Shown here one piece after another: positions 8,014-19,011 of a DNA stretch of 64,000 nucleotides (within the stretch, counting starts at the first letter, position 1; the number at the start of each line of letters is the position of its first letter). The stretch lies in the NCBI GenBank assembly GCA_012798115.1, contig JAAZNV010000007.1, positions 25,586 to 89,585 of the forward strand, read 5' to 3'. This stretch comes from a candidate division WWE3 bacterium (GTDB lineage Bacteria > Patescibacteriota > WWE3 > UBA101185 > UBA10185). Both the position numbers and the translations under genes were made by a program. The notes below the pieces were generated by a model, which ran no database searches, had not been told where the DNA came from, and was given only the letters and a program-made list of their open reading frames with translations.

Positions 8014-8409
8014 ATGCAAGAAGAAAATAAAAAAATAAAAAATAATATATTAATAATAGAAGATGAACATGATATTAGATCTATATACGTAGAAGTATTA
8101 AATTCTGCTGGATACAATGTAGATGAAGCTGGAGATGGTGAATCAGGAATGAATAAGATTAAAAATACAGATTGGAATCTTCTTCTTTTAGATATAATGC
8201 TTCCTGGAAGAGATGGTTTGAAGATTCTTAAAGACTTAAAAGAAAATCCTCAGTTTAAAAAAGGTCCTGTTATTGCTTTAACTAATTTGAATAGTGAAAA
8301 TATTATTCAGGAAGCTTTTAGTTCTGGAGCAGATGGTTATTTAATAAAATCAGAAGTTACACCAGATAAGGTTATAGAAGAAGTTGGAAAAGTATTAGGT
8401 AAAGAATAG
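8014..8409 (+). CDS. Single-domain response regulator (receiver only)
   Basis: ILIIEDE, LLDIMLPG.DG, ALTN, GADGYLIK. Confidence 0.92.
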   Translation: MQEENKKIKNNILIIEDEHDIRSIYVEVLNSAGYNVDEAGDGESGMNKIKNTDWNLLLLDIMLPGRDGLKILKDLKENPQFKKGPVIALTNLNSENIIQEAFSSGADGYLIKSEVTPDKVIEEVGKVLGKE

Positions 8410-8547
8410 TTCTCTACTCTGCATTAATAATGCTCTAATGTAAATCCCTGGAATATGTGTTGATTTATTTTTGTCTTTTGTGTTACCATTTTCTCTCGCG
8501 CGAGAAAAGAACCGAGACTTTAAACTTTTGGTTTATTGTCTCGGTCT

Positions 8548-9243
8548 TTACGGTTGAAGCTCTCTAAGTGTCAGCAAATTGCTGTTATAGAGCTTCTGTA
8601 CTTGTTCGTTGGATAGTGGAACAATGTTCGTTATCCACCAACCCCTCAGTTCCTTTGGAAGCTCGATTGTTTCATTAAGAAGGACCGTTTCCTCACGGGT
8701 ATCCACTACTTCTTCACTGAATACACTCAACTTCCTCTTGGCATCGTTACTAAGGTAAGCACTATCAAGAATGGCTACAGCATATCTCCCTTCTCTGTTG
8801 GGTGTATGGCCACTTTCAGCGATTATCATGTACATTCCTGATTGCTCCTGAGGTTTGCCTAGTGGAAAGTCCTCTGTGTTGAATTGTACGTAGAAGCATA
8901 AGGAACCATCAGTACTGTAGGTGACATACCAATGGTTCATACTACCCTCAAAACATTCTACTACACGTAAATCTAATCCAAGCGTCTTTGTTACTGCATA
9001 GAACACACGTGCATTGTCAGTTAGATTTTCTTCTTGTACAGAGGCCACTACTGGAACGACAGGAGAAGGTTGTGCAACTGGTGTGCTAGTACTAGTAGGT
9101 TGCACCGTTGGTGTTGGTGAAATTGTTGCAGTGGAAGTAGCAGTTGCAACCAACGCTTGTTCAGTCTTAGCATCTGCCGTTTTGCTGCTACATGCTGAAG
9201 CAACTGTCGCCAACAACACAAGCAAAACCAATAGCCGTTTCAT
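8548..9243 (-). CDS. Hypothetical lipoprotein with Thr/Pro-rich linker
   Basis: MKRLLVLLVLLATVASAC lipobox; SD AAAGGAG before ATG 9243. Confidence 0.7.
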   Translation of the reverse strand: MKRLLVLLVLLATVASACSSKTADAKTEQALVATATSTATISPTPTVQPTSTSTPVAQPSPVVPVVASVQEENLTDNARVFYAVTKTLGLDLRVVECFEGSMNHWYVTYSTDGSLCFYVQFNTEDFPLGKPQEQSGMYMIIAESGHTPNREGRYAVAILDSAYLSNDAKRKLSVFSEEVVDTREETVLLNETIELPKELRGWWITNIVPLSNEQVQKLYNSNLLTLRELQP

Positions 9244-9367
9244 TCTATCTCCTTTCCTTGTATTTTTCCTGTAATCATTATAACACTTCTCTTCTTCCAT
9301 TTCAACTACTATAAGCCCCAGTGTTTTTAAAGGTAAGTGTAATTGAAATGTGATAACATAAATCTAT

Positions 9368-10021
9368 ATGGCTCTGCCTATTTCCAATAGGAAATTAAAA
9401 ATCAAGTATTTAGCAATTCCAATGGGCATTATCTTTTGTTTGTTTACAGTGTATTGGTTTTTCCCTGTGTTAGTTGGTACATGGAGCTTTATAACTGGAT
9501 ACTTTAATAGGTCTAAAGATACTATTAGTATAGTAAATGATACAACTACTGAAATTGAAAGTATATATTCCAATATAAAGATGGAAGACTTCACACCAAG
9601 TGAGGACACTTTATCATCTCCTGAAATATGGAATCCTAGTTTAGTTGACTTTTATTCTTTTATTGATTCCTACTTTAGATCCATTAATAGGGATGGTTTT
9701 TGGGGCAATTGGAACTACAACAACTCCTATGTCTTTGGAGACGTGCTATCTTTTGATAAGGAAAATAACACTGTCAAAGTCTTTATTTCTCTACCTGATA
9801 ATCAACCTTTCTCTAAAAAGGTACAAGATATTCTTGTTAAATGTACTAAAGAAACATCTTCAATTATTTCTAGCAATAACTTAATAGCAAAAGAACAAAA
9901 CGTTGATTTATTTGATGTTATGATCCCTGGAAAGGATTCAATATATTTTTATTGTTTAGACAAAGATTGTAGTTCTATGGGAGCATCTTGTATTCTTGTA
10001 AGATATGAAGAAGTTAAGTGA
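9368..10021 (+). CDS. Hypothetical membrane-anchored protein
   Basis: N-terminal TM helix; C-terminal Cys residues; overlaps the next gene. Confidence 0.65.
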   Translation: MALPISNRKLKIKYLAIPMGIIFCLFTVYWFFPVLVGTWSFITGYFNRSKDTISIVNDTTTEIESIYSNIKMEDFTPSEDTLSSPEIWNPSLVDFYSFIDSYFRSINRDGFWGNWNYNNSYVFGDVLSFDKENNTVKVFISLPDNQPFSKKVQDILVKCTKETSSIISSNNLIAKEQNVDLFDVMIPGKDSIYFYCLDKDCSSMGASCILVRYEEVK

Positions 10022-12197
10022 TTTAAGCTTAAATAAAAAATTGTTAAGAGTTGTTATTGCTTTAGTTTCTTTGTTTGTCTTTTGTTTGTTTTTAAAAACT
10101 AAAGCTGCTTGTGATTGCAAAGGTCCTGCTTACTCTGATTCTGAGTGGTGGCAGTGTAGTTCTAATATGTGTTGTAAAGGTCAAGGTTGTCCATCTTGGG
10201 TGTGTAGGTATGAAACTACATGTGTTTGGTCTGGAATAGAATATGATACTTGCTGGGATTATGTTTGTACTTGTTCTAGGTACAGAGTGATTGGTGGGGT
10301 AAGGGAGTGTGTTTCTCAAACATGTAAATGGAAATCTCGTAATTGCAATGCTCATTCAGTTTGTTATAAAACAGAAACTACACCTGTATATTGCAACGGT
10401 TCTTGTTATATATGCCCTACGGATTGCAATAAGATAGATGGAGGATGGTCATCATGGAGTACCTGTTCTGCAGTATGTGGAGGAGGAACTCAAACAAGAA
10501 CATGTACTAATCCTTCCCCATCATGTGGAGGATCATCATGTTCTGGAGCATCATCTCAAGCTTGTAATACTCAAGCATGTGATGTTCTACCCATTGGTGC
10601 TCATGATTCTTCAAATTGCAGTTGTTCCGGTCAAGTTACAGCAAGTGGATGGGCTTGTGATCAAAACAACTGGTCATCTGATCTACAAGTAGATTTCTAT
10701 AGAGATGGAACATCATCAACAGGAATATCCATTGGATCAGCTACAGCAGGTACTTCAAGACCAGACTTAGGAAGTGGCTGTGGTGGAGATATAAACCATG
10801 GATTTAAATTTACTTCATCTCCTCAACCTACCGGTCCCCATACAATTTATGCTTATGCTATAGATGTACCACTTGGTACTAGTAAACTGCTTAGTAACTC
10901 TCCAAAGTCAATTACTTGTGGATTAACATACACACTAAAGATAAACATTAAAGATGCAGAAAGTGGATGTTCTTCTCTTGGATCAGGAATTGAAGGAGCT
11001 AAAGTTTATGTATATAAATCAATTGGAGGAATAGCAGGAGATCCGCTAACAGGATCTCCAGCTACATCTGACTCAAATGGAGTTGCAACATTTGAAAATG
11101 TTTCAGTTTCAGATAAAAGCTTTATCATTTCAGTATCTAAATCAACAGGAGGATCAAATCCAATATATTACCAACTAACCTGTCCAACACTATCACTATA
11201 CAAGATAACTTTAAATCCTTCTCCTACTGCTTGTTCTACTCAAACTATCAATCTTGGAATAAAACAAATTAAGAAAGATCCATGGTTAACAGTAATAGAT
11301 GGAGATATCTTTTCATCAAATGTATCTGTTGTTGTTCCTCAAGGAGAAGGATCAGGTGATTTTTCCTTATCTCTTGTAAACTCCAGAGAAGAAGGATCAT
11401 CAGGTATAGGAGGATATATATTTACCAAGGGATATATATCAACAAATGATAACTCTTTGTATGAGCCTAGTCTTGGAGGAAAGATCTTTGATATATCCCA
11501 AAGATCAAGCTTAAATCATGATGATATATCTTTAATGAACCTATCAAAAAGAAACTTTTCTCCACCTTTACATGATATGGTTGTAGAAACATCAAACATA
11601 TCATCATTTGAAGCAGGAAAAGTATACAAGATATCAGTTTTGGATTTTAACAATAAAATCTCATCTTCTCCAGTTGTCTATACAATATCTTCATCATCTG
11701 AAGAAGAGTTATCTTCAAAAGGAGTATCAACTGCAATACTATACATAACAAGTGATAATAATGATACTGATATAGTCTTTAAAAACTCATATACATCATC
11801 AAATAACAACTCAAGGTTAATAATAGTTACAGATTTAAATGTTGTAGTATCATCAAATGTTGGATTTTCTAACATATCAACATACACCATAAACTCTTTA
11901 CCATTAATTCAAGCTGCAATAATATCATCAAAAGATATATCTTTTGAATCCAAAGGCACTTCTCCTGCATCAGATATTCCTATCATGGTAACAGGACCTT
12001 TGATTACCTCATCAAATATATTACGAGGAAGAAACATTGGATCATTAAATGGGTATTATCCTTCCTTAGCAGTATCTTTTTATCCTAAGTATCTTTATGA
12101 TATTGCAGTTATAGAAAGATACATGTCAAAAACATATGATATAAGATCATATACAGGTATTTCTTCTTATGATCTTCAATTTGATTATCAACCTTAG
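10005..12197 (+). CDS. Secreted Cys-rich adhesin-like protein with thrombospondin type-1 repeat
   Basis: Signal peptide, Cys/Trp-rich N-terminus, TSP1 consensus [23 protein letters not shown] at 10437-10580, Ig-like segments. Confidence 0.8.
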   Translation: MKKLSDLSLNKKLLRVVIALVSLFVFCLFLKTKAACDCKGPAYSDSEWWQCSSNMCCKGQGCPSWVCRYETTCVWSGIEYDTCWDYVCTCSRYRVIGGVRECVSQTCKWKSRNCNAHSVCYKTETTPVYCNGSCYICPTDCNKIDGGWSSWSTCSAVCGGGTQTRTCTNPSPSCGGSSCSGASSQACNTQACDVLPIGAHDSSNCSCSGQVTASGWACDQNNWSSDLQVDFYRDGTSSTGISIGSATAGTSRPDLGSGCGGDINHGFKFTSSPQPTGPHTIYAYAIDVPLGTSKLLSNSPKSITCGLTYTLKINIKDAESGCSSLGSGIEGAKVYVYKSIGGIAGDPLTGSPATSDSNGVATFENVSVSDKSFIISVSKSTGGSNPIYYQLTCPTLSLYKITLNPSPTACSTQTINLGIKQIKKDPWLTVIDGDIFSSNVSVVVPQGEGSGDFSLSLVNSREEGSSGIGGYIFTKGYISTNDNSLYEPSLGGKIFDISQRSSLNHDDISLMNLSKRNFSPPLHDMVVETSNISSFEAGKVYKISVLDFNNKISSSPVVYTISSSSEEELSSKGVSTAILYITSDNNDTDIVFKNSYTSSNNNSRLIIVTDLNVVVSSNVGFSNISTYTINSLPLIQAAIISSKDISFESKGTSPASDIPIMVTGPLITSSNILRGRNIGSLNGYYPSLAVSFYPKYLYDIAVIERYMSKTYDIRSYTGISSYDLQFDYQP

Positions 12198-12301
12198 GTC
12201 TGTATGAATATATAGTAGTGTATACATAGTATGAACAGTTGTAGTTTGATATAGATCAAAACAAAGTTTAATATTAAATTAAATCAAACAAATTAAACAC
12301 A

Positions 12302-13159
12302 ATGAAAATTGAGAACATAAGAACAAAACAAAAAGGACAAACCTTACTATTTGTTATAGTAGCTGTAACAATAGCAATGGCAGTAGGGGTATCAGTATCA
12401 ACTAGAACGCTAGATTTAACAAGAAGAGTATCAAGAACAGACACATCCGCACGAGTACTAGCAGCATCAGAAGGTGGCATAGAAAGACTTTTAACTCAAT
12501 CAGAAGCTTTCTTAGACAGCTTAGAAACTACAAATCCTGACTGTGCACAAGCAGGTGGAGAACCTTATACAGATGGGAAGTGTATCATTTCATTTTCTTC
12601 TTCTCCTGAAGATAAGATTACCTCAGTAGCCATAATCGATGCAGAAAAATTTAAATTAAATGGACCTGATTATTACTGGTTTGATTTAGATCCAGGGTAC
12701 ATAAAGGAAGTAAATCTAGAAGGATACACAAGTAGTAAAATTGAAGTATGTTGGGATAACAAAGATGCTGCATTGTATTTCTTTTCTTATAACAAATCAT
12801 CTAAAATAAAAAAGGGTGGTTTTTACTCTGAAGAATTTCCAAATAAAGAAGTTGTATCTGGATTGGTACAAAAGACTAAAACTAGAACTGAACACGATGC
12901 TTGTGGAGACATTGACTTAGTATCTAATCCTTATGGATTAAGATTAAAAACGTTCTTTGCTTCTGCAAAAATTTATGTTTATCCTACTGGAGGAGCAACA
13001 GGCAGTTTTCCTTATCAAGGTTATAAACTAATGTCAAAAGGAGAACTTTCTATTGAAAATGATGTTACTGACTCAAAAACAGTAAATGTTTATAGATCTC
13101 ATCTTTATGCACCTTCTGTTTTTGATTACGCTTTATATACAAGTGGAAACTTAGATTAG
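12302..13159 (+). CDS. PilX-like minor pilin
   Basis: KG|QTLLFVIV prepilin-like N-terminus; LAASEGGIE motif. Confidence 0.8.
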   Translation: MKIENIRTKQKGQTLLFVIVAVTIAMAVGVSVSTRTLDLTRRVSRTDTSARVLAASEGGIERLLTQSEAFLDSLETTNPDCAQAGGEPYTDGKCIISFSSSPEDKITSVAIIDAEKFKLNGPDYYWFDLDPGYIKEVNLEGYTSSKIEVCWDNKDAALYFFSYNKSSKIKKGGFYSEEFPNKEVVSGLVQKTKTRTEHDACGDIDLVSNPYGLRLKTFFASAKIYVYPTGGATGSFPYQGYKLMSKGELSIENDVTDSKTVNVYRSHLYAPSVFDYALYTSGNLD

Positions 13160-13206
13160 CTAAATGCTTACCTACCCTGCTCTTTTATTAATGAGAATTG
13201 TTTTTC

Positions 13207-13235
13207 TTGACTTTAAGTGATTGCCAAATCATACT
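13207..13235 (+). promoter_or_regulatory. Sigma70 promoter upstream of probable major pilin
   Basis: TTGACT-N17-CATACT; the downstream gene has a strong SD, AAGGAGGTGA. Confidence 0.5.
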
Positions 13236-13316
13236 TGTAGTACGGCAACAAAGTAACTTAGCTGCCATAATTTAGAAATTATAAAAGTTATATTGTTGTA
13301 AGGAGGTGACCTGTAG

Positions 13317-13898
13317 ATGAAAAAGTTAAATAAAAATAATGGTTCGGAAACAGGTTTTACGCTTATTGAACTTCTTATAGTCATAGTCATCATTGGTATA
13401 TTAGCAGGAGTACTTATTGCAGTTGTTAATCCATATAGACAACAAAACAGAGCTAGAAATGCAACGATAAAAGCATCTTTAACCAAGGTTGCTTTTGGCA
13501 TAAACACAGCAAGAGCTTCTCTTGGTAGACTTCCATCCAGTAGTGAACTAGCAGTAGAGCTTGACAATGTTACTCCTAATGCAGATTGCACTGGTGCTGA
13601 TGAATTAGATTGTAGGTTTACTTTAAGTGGGACAAGTTTACCTAGTACTTGTGATGCAGGTTTAATTGCAGGAGATACAGAAACAGGATCAAAATGCAGT
13701 ATGGCAATTTCTACGACCAATGCAGGTAGTTTAGTAAACGGAGCCTTTAGAATTACTGCTAAACAATTTAAGATTAATCCAGCAGATGTTGGTGCAGTAT
13801 TTGTTTTTGATTCAACAAGAGGCTTATGGTCTTGCCCGTCTGATGTTAATTATTCAACAGTTGATTTAGCATCTAGCTGCACAGAAGTAACGGAATAA
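13317..13898 (+). CDS. Type IV pilin (probable major pilin)
   Basis: G|FTLIELLIVIVIIGILA; has its own promoter and strong SD. Confidence 0.9.
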   Translation: MKKLNKNNGSETGFTLIELLIVIVIIGILAGVLIAVVNPYRQQNRARNATIKASLTKVAFGINTARASLGRLPSSSELAVELDNVTPNADCTGADELDCRFTLSGTSLPSTCDAGLIAGDTETGSKCSMAISTTNAGSLVNGAFRITAKQFKINPADVGAVFVFDSTRGLWSCPSDVNYSTVDLASSCTEVTE

Positions 13899-13904
13899 CA
13901 ACTT

Positions 13905-14360
13905 ATGAATAAAAAGAATGGATTCACATTGATAGAAATGATGATAGTTGTGGTTGTAATTTCTATACTTAGTGGTGTTGTTGTGTCTGTATTAAACCAA
14001 GGAAAACAAAGGGATAGAGCTAAAGACTCAGTAAGTCTTGCAAATTTAGAAAAGGTAGTTTCAGCCATTGAATCTTACTTTTATTCGGAAGGAACCTATC
14101 CAACAATTGAAAGTACTGATAATGGAAATCCGTTAAACAACAGTTCGAACATAGTTCTTGATCAATACGTACAAATATGGCCAGAAGGATTTGTCTACAT
14201 TTATGATAATTCATCAAATCAATTTGCTGTTTATGTAAAAAGAATCTCTAATGATAATTACTATAAATTTTCTTCAACAAGTGGTGAAATACAAGAGTGT
14301 TATGGCAGCACGCTTGAGATTCAAGAAAGAGTTTCTGCTTGTGATGTAGTTACTAATTAA
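13905..14360 (+). CDS. Type IV pilin/GspG-like
   Basis: G|FTLIEMMIVV; G.YP motif. Confidence 0.9.
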   Translation: MNKKNGFTLIEMMIVVVVISILSGVVVSVLNQGKQRDRAKDSVSLANLEKVVSAIESYFYSEGTYPTIESTDNGNPLNNSSNIVLDQYVQIWPEGFVYIYDNSSNQFAVYVKRISNDNYYKFSSTSGEIQECYGSTLEIQERVSACDVVTN

Positions 14361-14383
14361 TATTTATAACATATAATTAAAAT

Positions 14384-14953
14384 ATGAAACACTTCATGAG
14401 GGCAAATAAACAAATTAAAAAACAAAAAGGTTTTACGCTAATAGAATTGATGTTGGTTGTGCTAATAATTGGGATTCTAAGTGGAGTTACTTTAAGTGTA
14501 ATAAATATAAAAGGCATTCAGTCAAAGTCCAGAGATGCAAGAAGAGTTGGAGATTTGAAGAAAATGCAAACTGCTCTTGAGCTTTATTACTCAGATTACC
14601 GTGGTTATCCTATGAAAAGCACGTGGGAGAACGTTAATGATTCCTTATCAGTTTTATCTTTGGCTATTGTTCCAAGTTATATAAGCAAAATGCCTCTTGA
14701 TCCGTTGGAAGGAAAAGCTACTCCTGATAGCAACTGTTATGGGGGTGTTTCTGCACATGGTTACTATTATATCACTCCGGATTGCGTTGGAACTGGTTGC
14801 CTTGCAGGAAGATATATATTAGGGGCTGTTGTGGAAATTGAAACTAGTGCATCTGACAACCTTTGTTCCCAACTTACAAATTGTCTTCAAGGATATATCT
14901 CAAATTGCAATTGTGGGGGAAATTACTGTTATGCCGTTGAAAATCCACTCTAA
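14384..14953 (+). CDS. Type IV pilin/GspG-like, Cys-rich C-terminus
   Basis: G|FTLIELMLV; SRDARR..D..ALELYY; P.DP. Confidence 0.9.
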   Translation: MKHFMRANKQIKKQKGFTLIELMLVVLIIGILSGVTLSVINIKGIQSKSRDARRVGDLKKMQTALELYYSDYRGYPMKSTWENVNDSLSVLSLAIVPSYISKMPLDPLEGKATPDSNCYGGVSAHGYYYITPDCVGTGCLAGRYILGAVVEIETSASDNLCSQLTNCLQGYISNCNCGGNYCYAVENPL

Positions 14954-15461
14954 GTTAGCAAATAAACCTTTATGTTCACCCCCTACTTCTGCAGGATTTA
15001 CAATTATTGAGGTTGTAATTGTTACTGGTTTAATAATATTACTAGCTTCTCTTTTAATTATTAATGTTGACCCCGTTGGAAGCAAAAAGAAGTCAAGAGA
15101 TGAAAAGAGAATGTCAGATGTTTCAACTATAGATAGAGCTATAAGCGAGTTTGTAGCAGATAAAAAAAGATACCCAGATCAATCTAACATATTAAGACAA
15201 AGTACTATTCTTCCTGCAGGATCTTCCCAGCTTACTAGCTCAAAATCAGGATGGATTCAAGAAGACTTATCTTCTTACTCCTCTCTTCTTCCAATAGATC
15301 CTTTAAATGATGATTTATACCATTATTACTATATTCACAATCTTAATAGTTATGAAGTAAATGCAAAGTTAGAAATACTCACTACTGAAATGATAAATGA
15401 TGGTGGTAACGATGATTCTTTTTACGAAATTGGTAACAACTTAAACTTAATTTCACCATAA
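14931..15461 (+). CDS. Type IV pilin/GspG-like
   Basis: AG|FTIIEVVIV; SRDEKR.SD; LPIDP; start ATG 14931. Confidence 0.85.
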   Translation: MPLKIHSKLANKPLCSPPTSAGFTIIEVVIVTGLIILLASLLIINVDPVGSKKKSRDEKRMSDVSTIDRAISEFVADKKRYPDQSNILRQSTILPAGSSQLTSSKSGWIQEDLSSYSSLLPIDPLNDDLYHYYYIHNLNSYEVNAKLEILTTEMINDGGNDDSFYEIGNNLNLISP

Positions 15462-15484
15462 TTTTTGTGATAATATAAACTCAT

Positions 15485-16018
15485 ATGACTCTGCCCACAA
15501 AAAACTCAGCATTTACTCTAATTGAACTTCTTCTTGTTGTTACAATCATATCTATCATTTCAGTAGGGGTGATTCCTGCATTTACTTCCTATATTAGAAA
15601 TCAAAACTTGAAACAAGCTCAAGAGCAAATAAAGAGTGATTTAAGAAGTACTCAAAACAAAGCATTAACTGGTTCCTTATCAGATCAGTTTATTGGCAGT
15701 GCCTTAATGAAATTCTGGGGAATAAAATTTACCAATAATAGTTCAACTTATGATTTTTTTATATCTTCTGTTGATGATTCTTGTCCTATAAACTATGTTC
15801 AAGGACAGTATCAAGGAAATGGAAAATTATCTAATAATTTAAGAATACAAAATTTTAATGAAGGTCAATCTGGTTGTTTATTCTTTAATGTTCAAGATGG
15901 GGGTATTTCTTCGCCAGGGTTTGGGAGTGCTGGTTCTGTAGTTGTTGGATATTCTGTTTCAGAAGTCAAAAACGTTTTTTTCAACAGTTCAGGTTTGATT
16001 TATTCAACTAATGATTAA
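15485..16018 (+). CDS. FimT/FimU-like minor pilin
   Basis: A|FTLIELLLVV; C-terminal FFNSSG. Confidence 0.85.
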   Translation: MTLPTKNSAFTLIELLLVVTIISIISVGVIPAFTSYIRNQNLKQAQEQIKSDLRSTQNKALTGSLSDQFIGSALMKFWGIKFTNNSSTYDFFISSVDDSCPINYVQGQYQGNGKLSNNLRIQNFNEGQSGCLFFNVQDGGISSPGFGSAGSVVVGYSVSEVKNVFFNSSGLIYSTND

Positions 16019-16052
16019 ATTAAATGACTAAGATAAAGTAGATTAAATAATT

Positions 16053-16556
16053 ATGATGAGCATAAGAAAAAAAGAAAAAAGAAAAGAAAGGAACCAAGAT
16101 GGAATTGCTTTAGTAGAAGTTATTGCATCTATTGGAATAGCTGTTGTAGTCATTACATCTCTTGTTTCTTTGTCTATATCTACCTTAAGGACATCGTTGA
16201 AGAGTAAACTCTTGCTAGAAGGATCAAAAATAGCAAATAGAGAATTAGAATTAGTAAGGGCATATAGAGACAACAGCATTTCATGGGAGCAGTTTATATC
16301 TGATATAAGATTATGTGATACTGGTTGTTCTATGTTTACTGATGGTTCAGGTATAACTCCTCAAGCAACAGTTGAAAACGCTGACACAACAGAAGCTTTG
16401 GCTAGATCCTTTACAGCAACTACTCCTGAAGGCTTCCAACTTACGCCTGGCGTCGACAATATAGCTAGAATTTCTGTTTCTGTAACATGGACTGTAGGGG
16501 GAGAAATAAAAGGAACATACCTTTATACTGATTTAACCAACTGGAGATCTGAATAA
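16053..16556 (+). CDS. PilV-like minor pilin
   Basis: G|IALVEVIASI; ELELVR; VSVTW; LTNW. Confidence 0.85.
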   Translation: MMSIRKKEKRKERNQDGIALVEVIASIGIAVVVITSLVSLSISTLRTSLKSKLLLEGSKIANRELELVRAYRDNSISWEQFISDIRLCDTGCSMFTDGSGITPQATVENADTTEALARSFTATTPEGFQLTPGVDNIARISVSVTWTVGGEIKGTYLYTDLTNWRSE

Positions 16557-17098
16557 TGACAAAAAAAAGTGGTTATGAAAGTCAAAAGGGCTTTACACTT
16601 ATAGAACTTCTTCTGGTAATTGCTCTCTTAGCAATATCAATTGGGGTTACTAACGATATTCTTATATCTTTAATTAGAAGTAATAATAAAACTCAAGTAA
16701 TGAATGAAATTGAGCAACAATCTAACTTTGTATCCTTAAAGGTCGAGAAAGAGCTGAGGAATGCTAGAGCAATAAACAACCCTGTTTCTGGAAGTAGCGG
16801 GACAATTCTTAGCTTTTCAACAAGAAATGGAGACACTATTGAGTATGAAGTCTTGTCTGGAGTAATTTATAGAAAACTAAACTCTGGTAATGCAATAGCT
16901 GTAACGTCAAGCGCTAGCCCTGGGGGTGTTATTGTATCTTGCAGTAATGGGGTAGATTCTTGTTTTTCTACATTTGGAGTTAATCCTCAAATAGTGAGTA
17001 TAAATATGGATTTCACTCAAGCTCAACCTAGTGCAGGTAGATCTTATACTGGAAAAGTTGGAATAAAAAGTACGATTGTTGTTAGAAACACTTACTAA
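16556..17098 (+). CDS. PilW-like minor pilin
   Basis: G|FTLIELLLVI; KELRNA; C-terminal VRN. Confidence 0.85.
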   Translation: MTKKSGYESQKGFTLIELLLVIALLAISIGVTNDILISLIRSNNKTQVMNEIEQQSNFVSLKVEKELRNARAINNPVSGSSGTILSFSTRNGDTIEYEVLSGVIYRKLNSGNAIAVTSSASPGGVIVSCSNGVDSCFSTFGVNPQIVSINMDFTQAQPSAGRSYTGKVGIKSTIVVRNTY

Positions 17099-17137
17099 TA
17101 TGTTAGTTGAATAAATTGCTTTGGTTTTAGCAAAGAC

Positions 17138-17965
17138 ATGAATGATAAGAAAGAAATGTATGAGAAAAGAAAAGAAAAGGGTCAAACGCTTGTAGCAATA
17201 CTTGTTCTTATGGTTTTAGCTCTTACTGTTGGTGTTGTAGTTTCTAATAGGTTTATCAAAAGCTTAAAGGATATATCTCAATCTGATAATTCTTCTAAAG
17301 CACTTGCTGTTGCAGAAGCTGCTGTTGAAAGAATACTTCTTTTGCCCAATGAAACTCTTGAAGGGTATATTAATTTTGGTAATTGTAGCTCTGATTGTGT
17401 ACTGGAGATAACAGGAGTTCTTGGCCAAAAAGTAAGAGCAGATGTTTCTTTAAGTTTTATTGGTGCAAGTAACGAACCTTTTCAGCTGAAAGGAAAAGAA
17501 GGAGAAGTATCTCAAGTATCTTTAAGTGGATATACATCCGGAAGTACTTTAAGTGTTTGCTGGGATGATGATGCTTCTATATACGCTTCATATATTTATG
17601 AACAAAGTGGTGTAATTAAATCAAATGTTTATGCTTATAATGCAATAGGGTATAGTGGTTTTGACAATGGTTTTACTGAAGCAACCTCATCTCAAGGACA
17701 TCAAAATTGTTTTAATGTTATTGCATCAAATACTCCTAAACTTTTGAGAATAAAGCCGTTTCTGTCAGATCCAGTTATTTATGTTATTCCTTCTGGTGGA
17801 CAAAATCTTCCAAGCCAAGGTGTATTAATTACATCTACAGGAAGAGCAGGAAGTGCTATTAAAACAGTAAAAGTGTTGAAATCTATGTCTTCTGCTCCTG
17901 AATATTTTGATTTTGTAATTTATCAGAAGTCTTATACAGACCCATTGTCTAATAGGACTAACTAA
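17138..17965 (+). CDS. PilX-like minor pilin (paralog of 12302-13159)
   Basis: KG|QTLVAILV; ALAVAEAAVE; shares VCWD and P.QG motifs with the upstream paralog. Confidence 0.8.
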   Translation: MNDKKEMYEKRKEKGQTLVAILVLMVLALTVGVVVSNRFIKSLKDISQSDNSSKALAVAEAAVERILLLPNETLEGYINFGNCSSDCVLEITGVLGQKVRADVSLSFIGASNEPFQLKGKEGEVSQVSLSGYTSGSTLSVCWDDDASIYASYIYEQSGVIKSNVYAYNAIGYSGFDNGFTEATSSQGHQNCFNVIASNTPKLLRIKPFLSDPVIYVIPSGGQNLPSQGVLITSTGRAGSAIKTVKVLKSMSSAPEYFDFVIYQKSYTDPLSNRTN

Positions 17966-17979
17966 TGTAACATTTCATT

Positions 17980-19011
17980 ATGCCCGTGATAGGTTTAAAT
18001 ATTGGAAAGAGGAGTTTTAGAGCAGTAGAGCTTGAAAGTAGAAAAGACAAGCTTGTATTGAATACTTTTGGCACCTTTATCAATCCTAAGATTACAACAG
18101 ATCCTAGTTCTTCGGAAGATGTAAAAATAGTTTCATCTGCTCTTGAACAGTTTGTTTCGGAAACAGGGTTTAGTACATCAGACGTTGTTCTTAGCATAGA
18201 TGAAACTCATGTATTCATGAGGATTATTAAACTTCCTATTATGAGTGATAAAGAATTAAAAAGTTCTATTAAATATGAAGCTGAGCAATATATTCCTCTG
18301 CCCCTTGACCAGGTTAATCTTTCTTACCAAAAGATTGATCAAGATATCACTGAAAAGGGAAAAATGAGTGTTCAAATTGTTGCAGCCAGAAAGGATATTG
18401 TAAATAAATACGTAGATATACTTAGAAAGGCTAAACTCGTTCCAAGAGCCATAGAACCTGAAACAATAGCCTTAGGAAGAGCTCTTGGTGATTCTCTTAA
18501 TGCTCCGTCTGGCACAATGATTTTAGAAATGGGATATGGAAGTACCTTAATTATTGTTTGTTATGGCGGCTTTGTTAGATTTACAAGAGCTATTCCAATT
18601 GGGGGTGATGTAATTACCAAAACTTTAATGCAAAGTCTTAGTTTAGATCATGAACAAGCTGAAGAGTATAAAAAGGCCTATGGTCTTGATGATTTTCAAG
18701 GAGAAGGAAAAGTTGCTCAGGTAGTAAAACCAATAATTGATAATTTAATACTTGAAGTTCAAAGAGCAGCTGTTTTCTTCACAAATCATAATCCATCTGC
18801 TAACATAAAAAGAGTTATCTTAAGCGGAGGTACTGCCCTGATGCCTAATCTTTTATCTTATGTTGCTAATAAACTTGATTTAGAAGTAATACTTGCTAAT
18901 CCTTTGAATAATATTGAGATATCTCCTAAGATAGAAAAACAAAAACAACTTCTTATTGATGAAGCTCCAAGTTATGCTTCTGCAATTGGTTTAGCTTTAA
19001 GGAGGGTTTAA
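17980..19011 (+). CDS. pilM: Type IV pilus assembly protein PilM
   Basis: IGLNIG, EAEQYIP, LSGGTALMPNL, AIGLALR. Confidence 0.93.
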   Translation: MPVIGLNIGKRSFRAVELESRKDKLVLNTFGTFINPKITTDPSSSEDVKIVSSALEQFVSETGFSTSDVVLSIDETHVFMRIIKLPIMSDKELKSSIKYEAEQYIPLPLDQVNLSYQKIDQDITEKGKMSVQIVAARKDIVNKYVDILRKAKLVPRAIEPETIALGRALGDSLNAPSGTMILEMGYGSTLIIVCYGGFVRFTRAIPIGGDVITKTLMQSLSLDHEQAEEYKKAYGLDDFQGEGKVAQVVKPIIDNLILEVQRAAVFFTNHNPSANIKRVILSGGTALMPNLLSYVANKLDLEVILANPLNNIEISPKIEKQKQLLIDEAPSYASAIGLALRRV

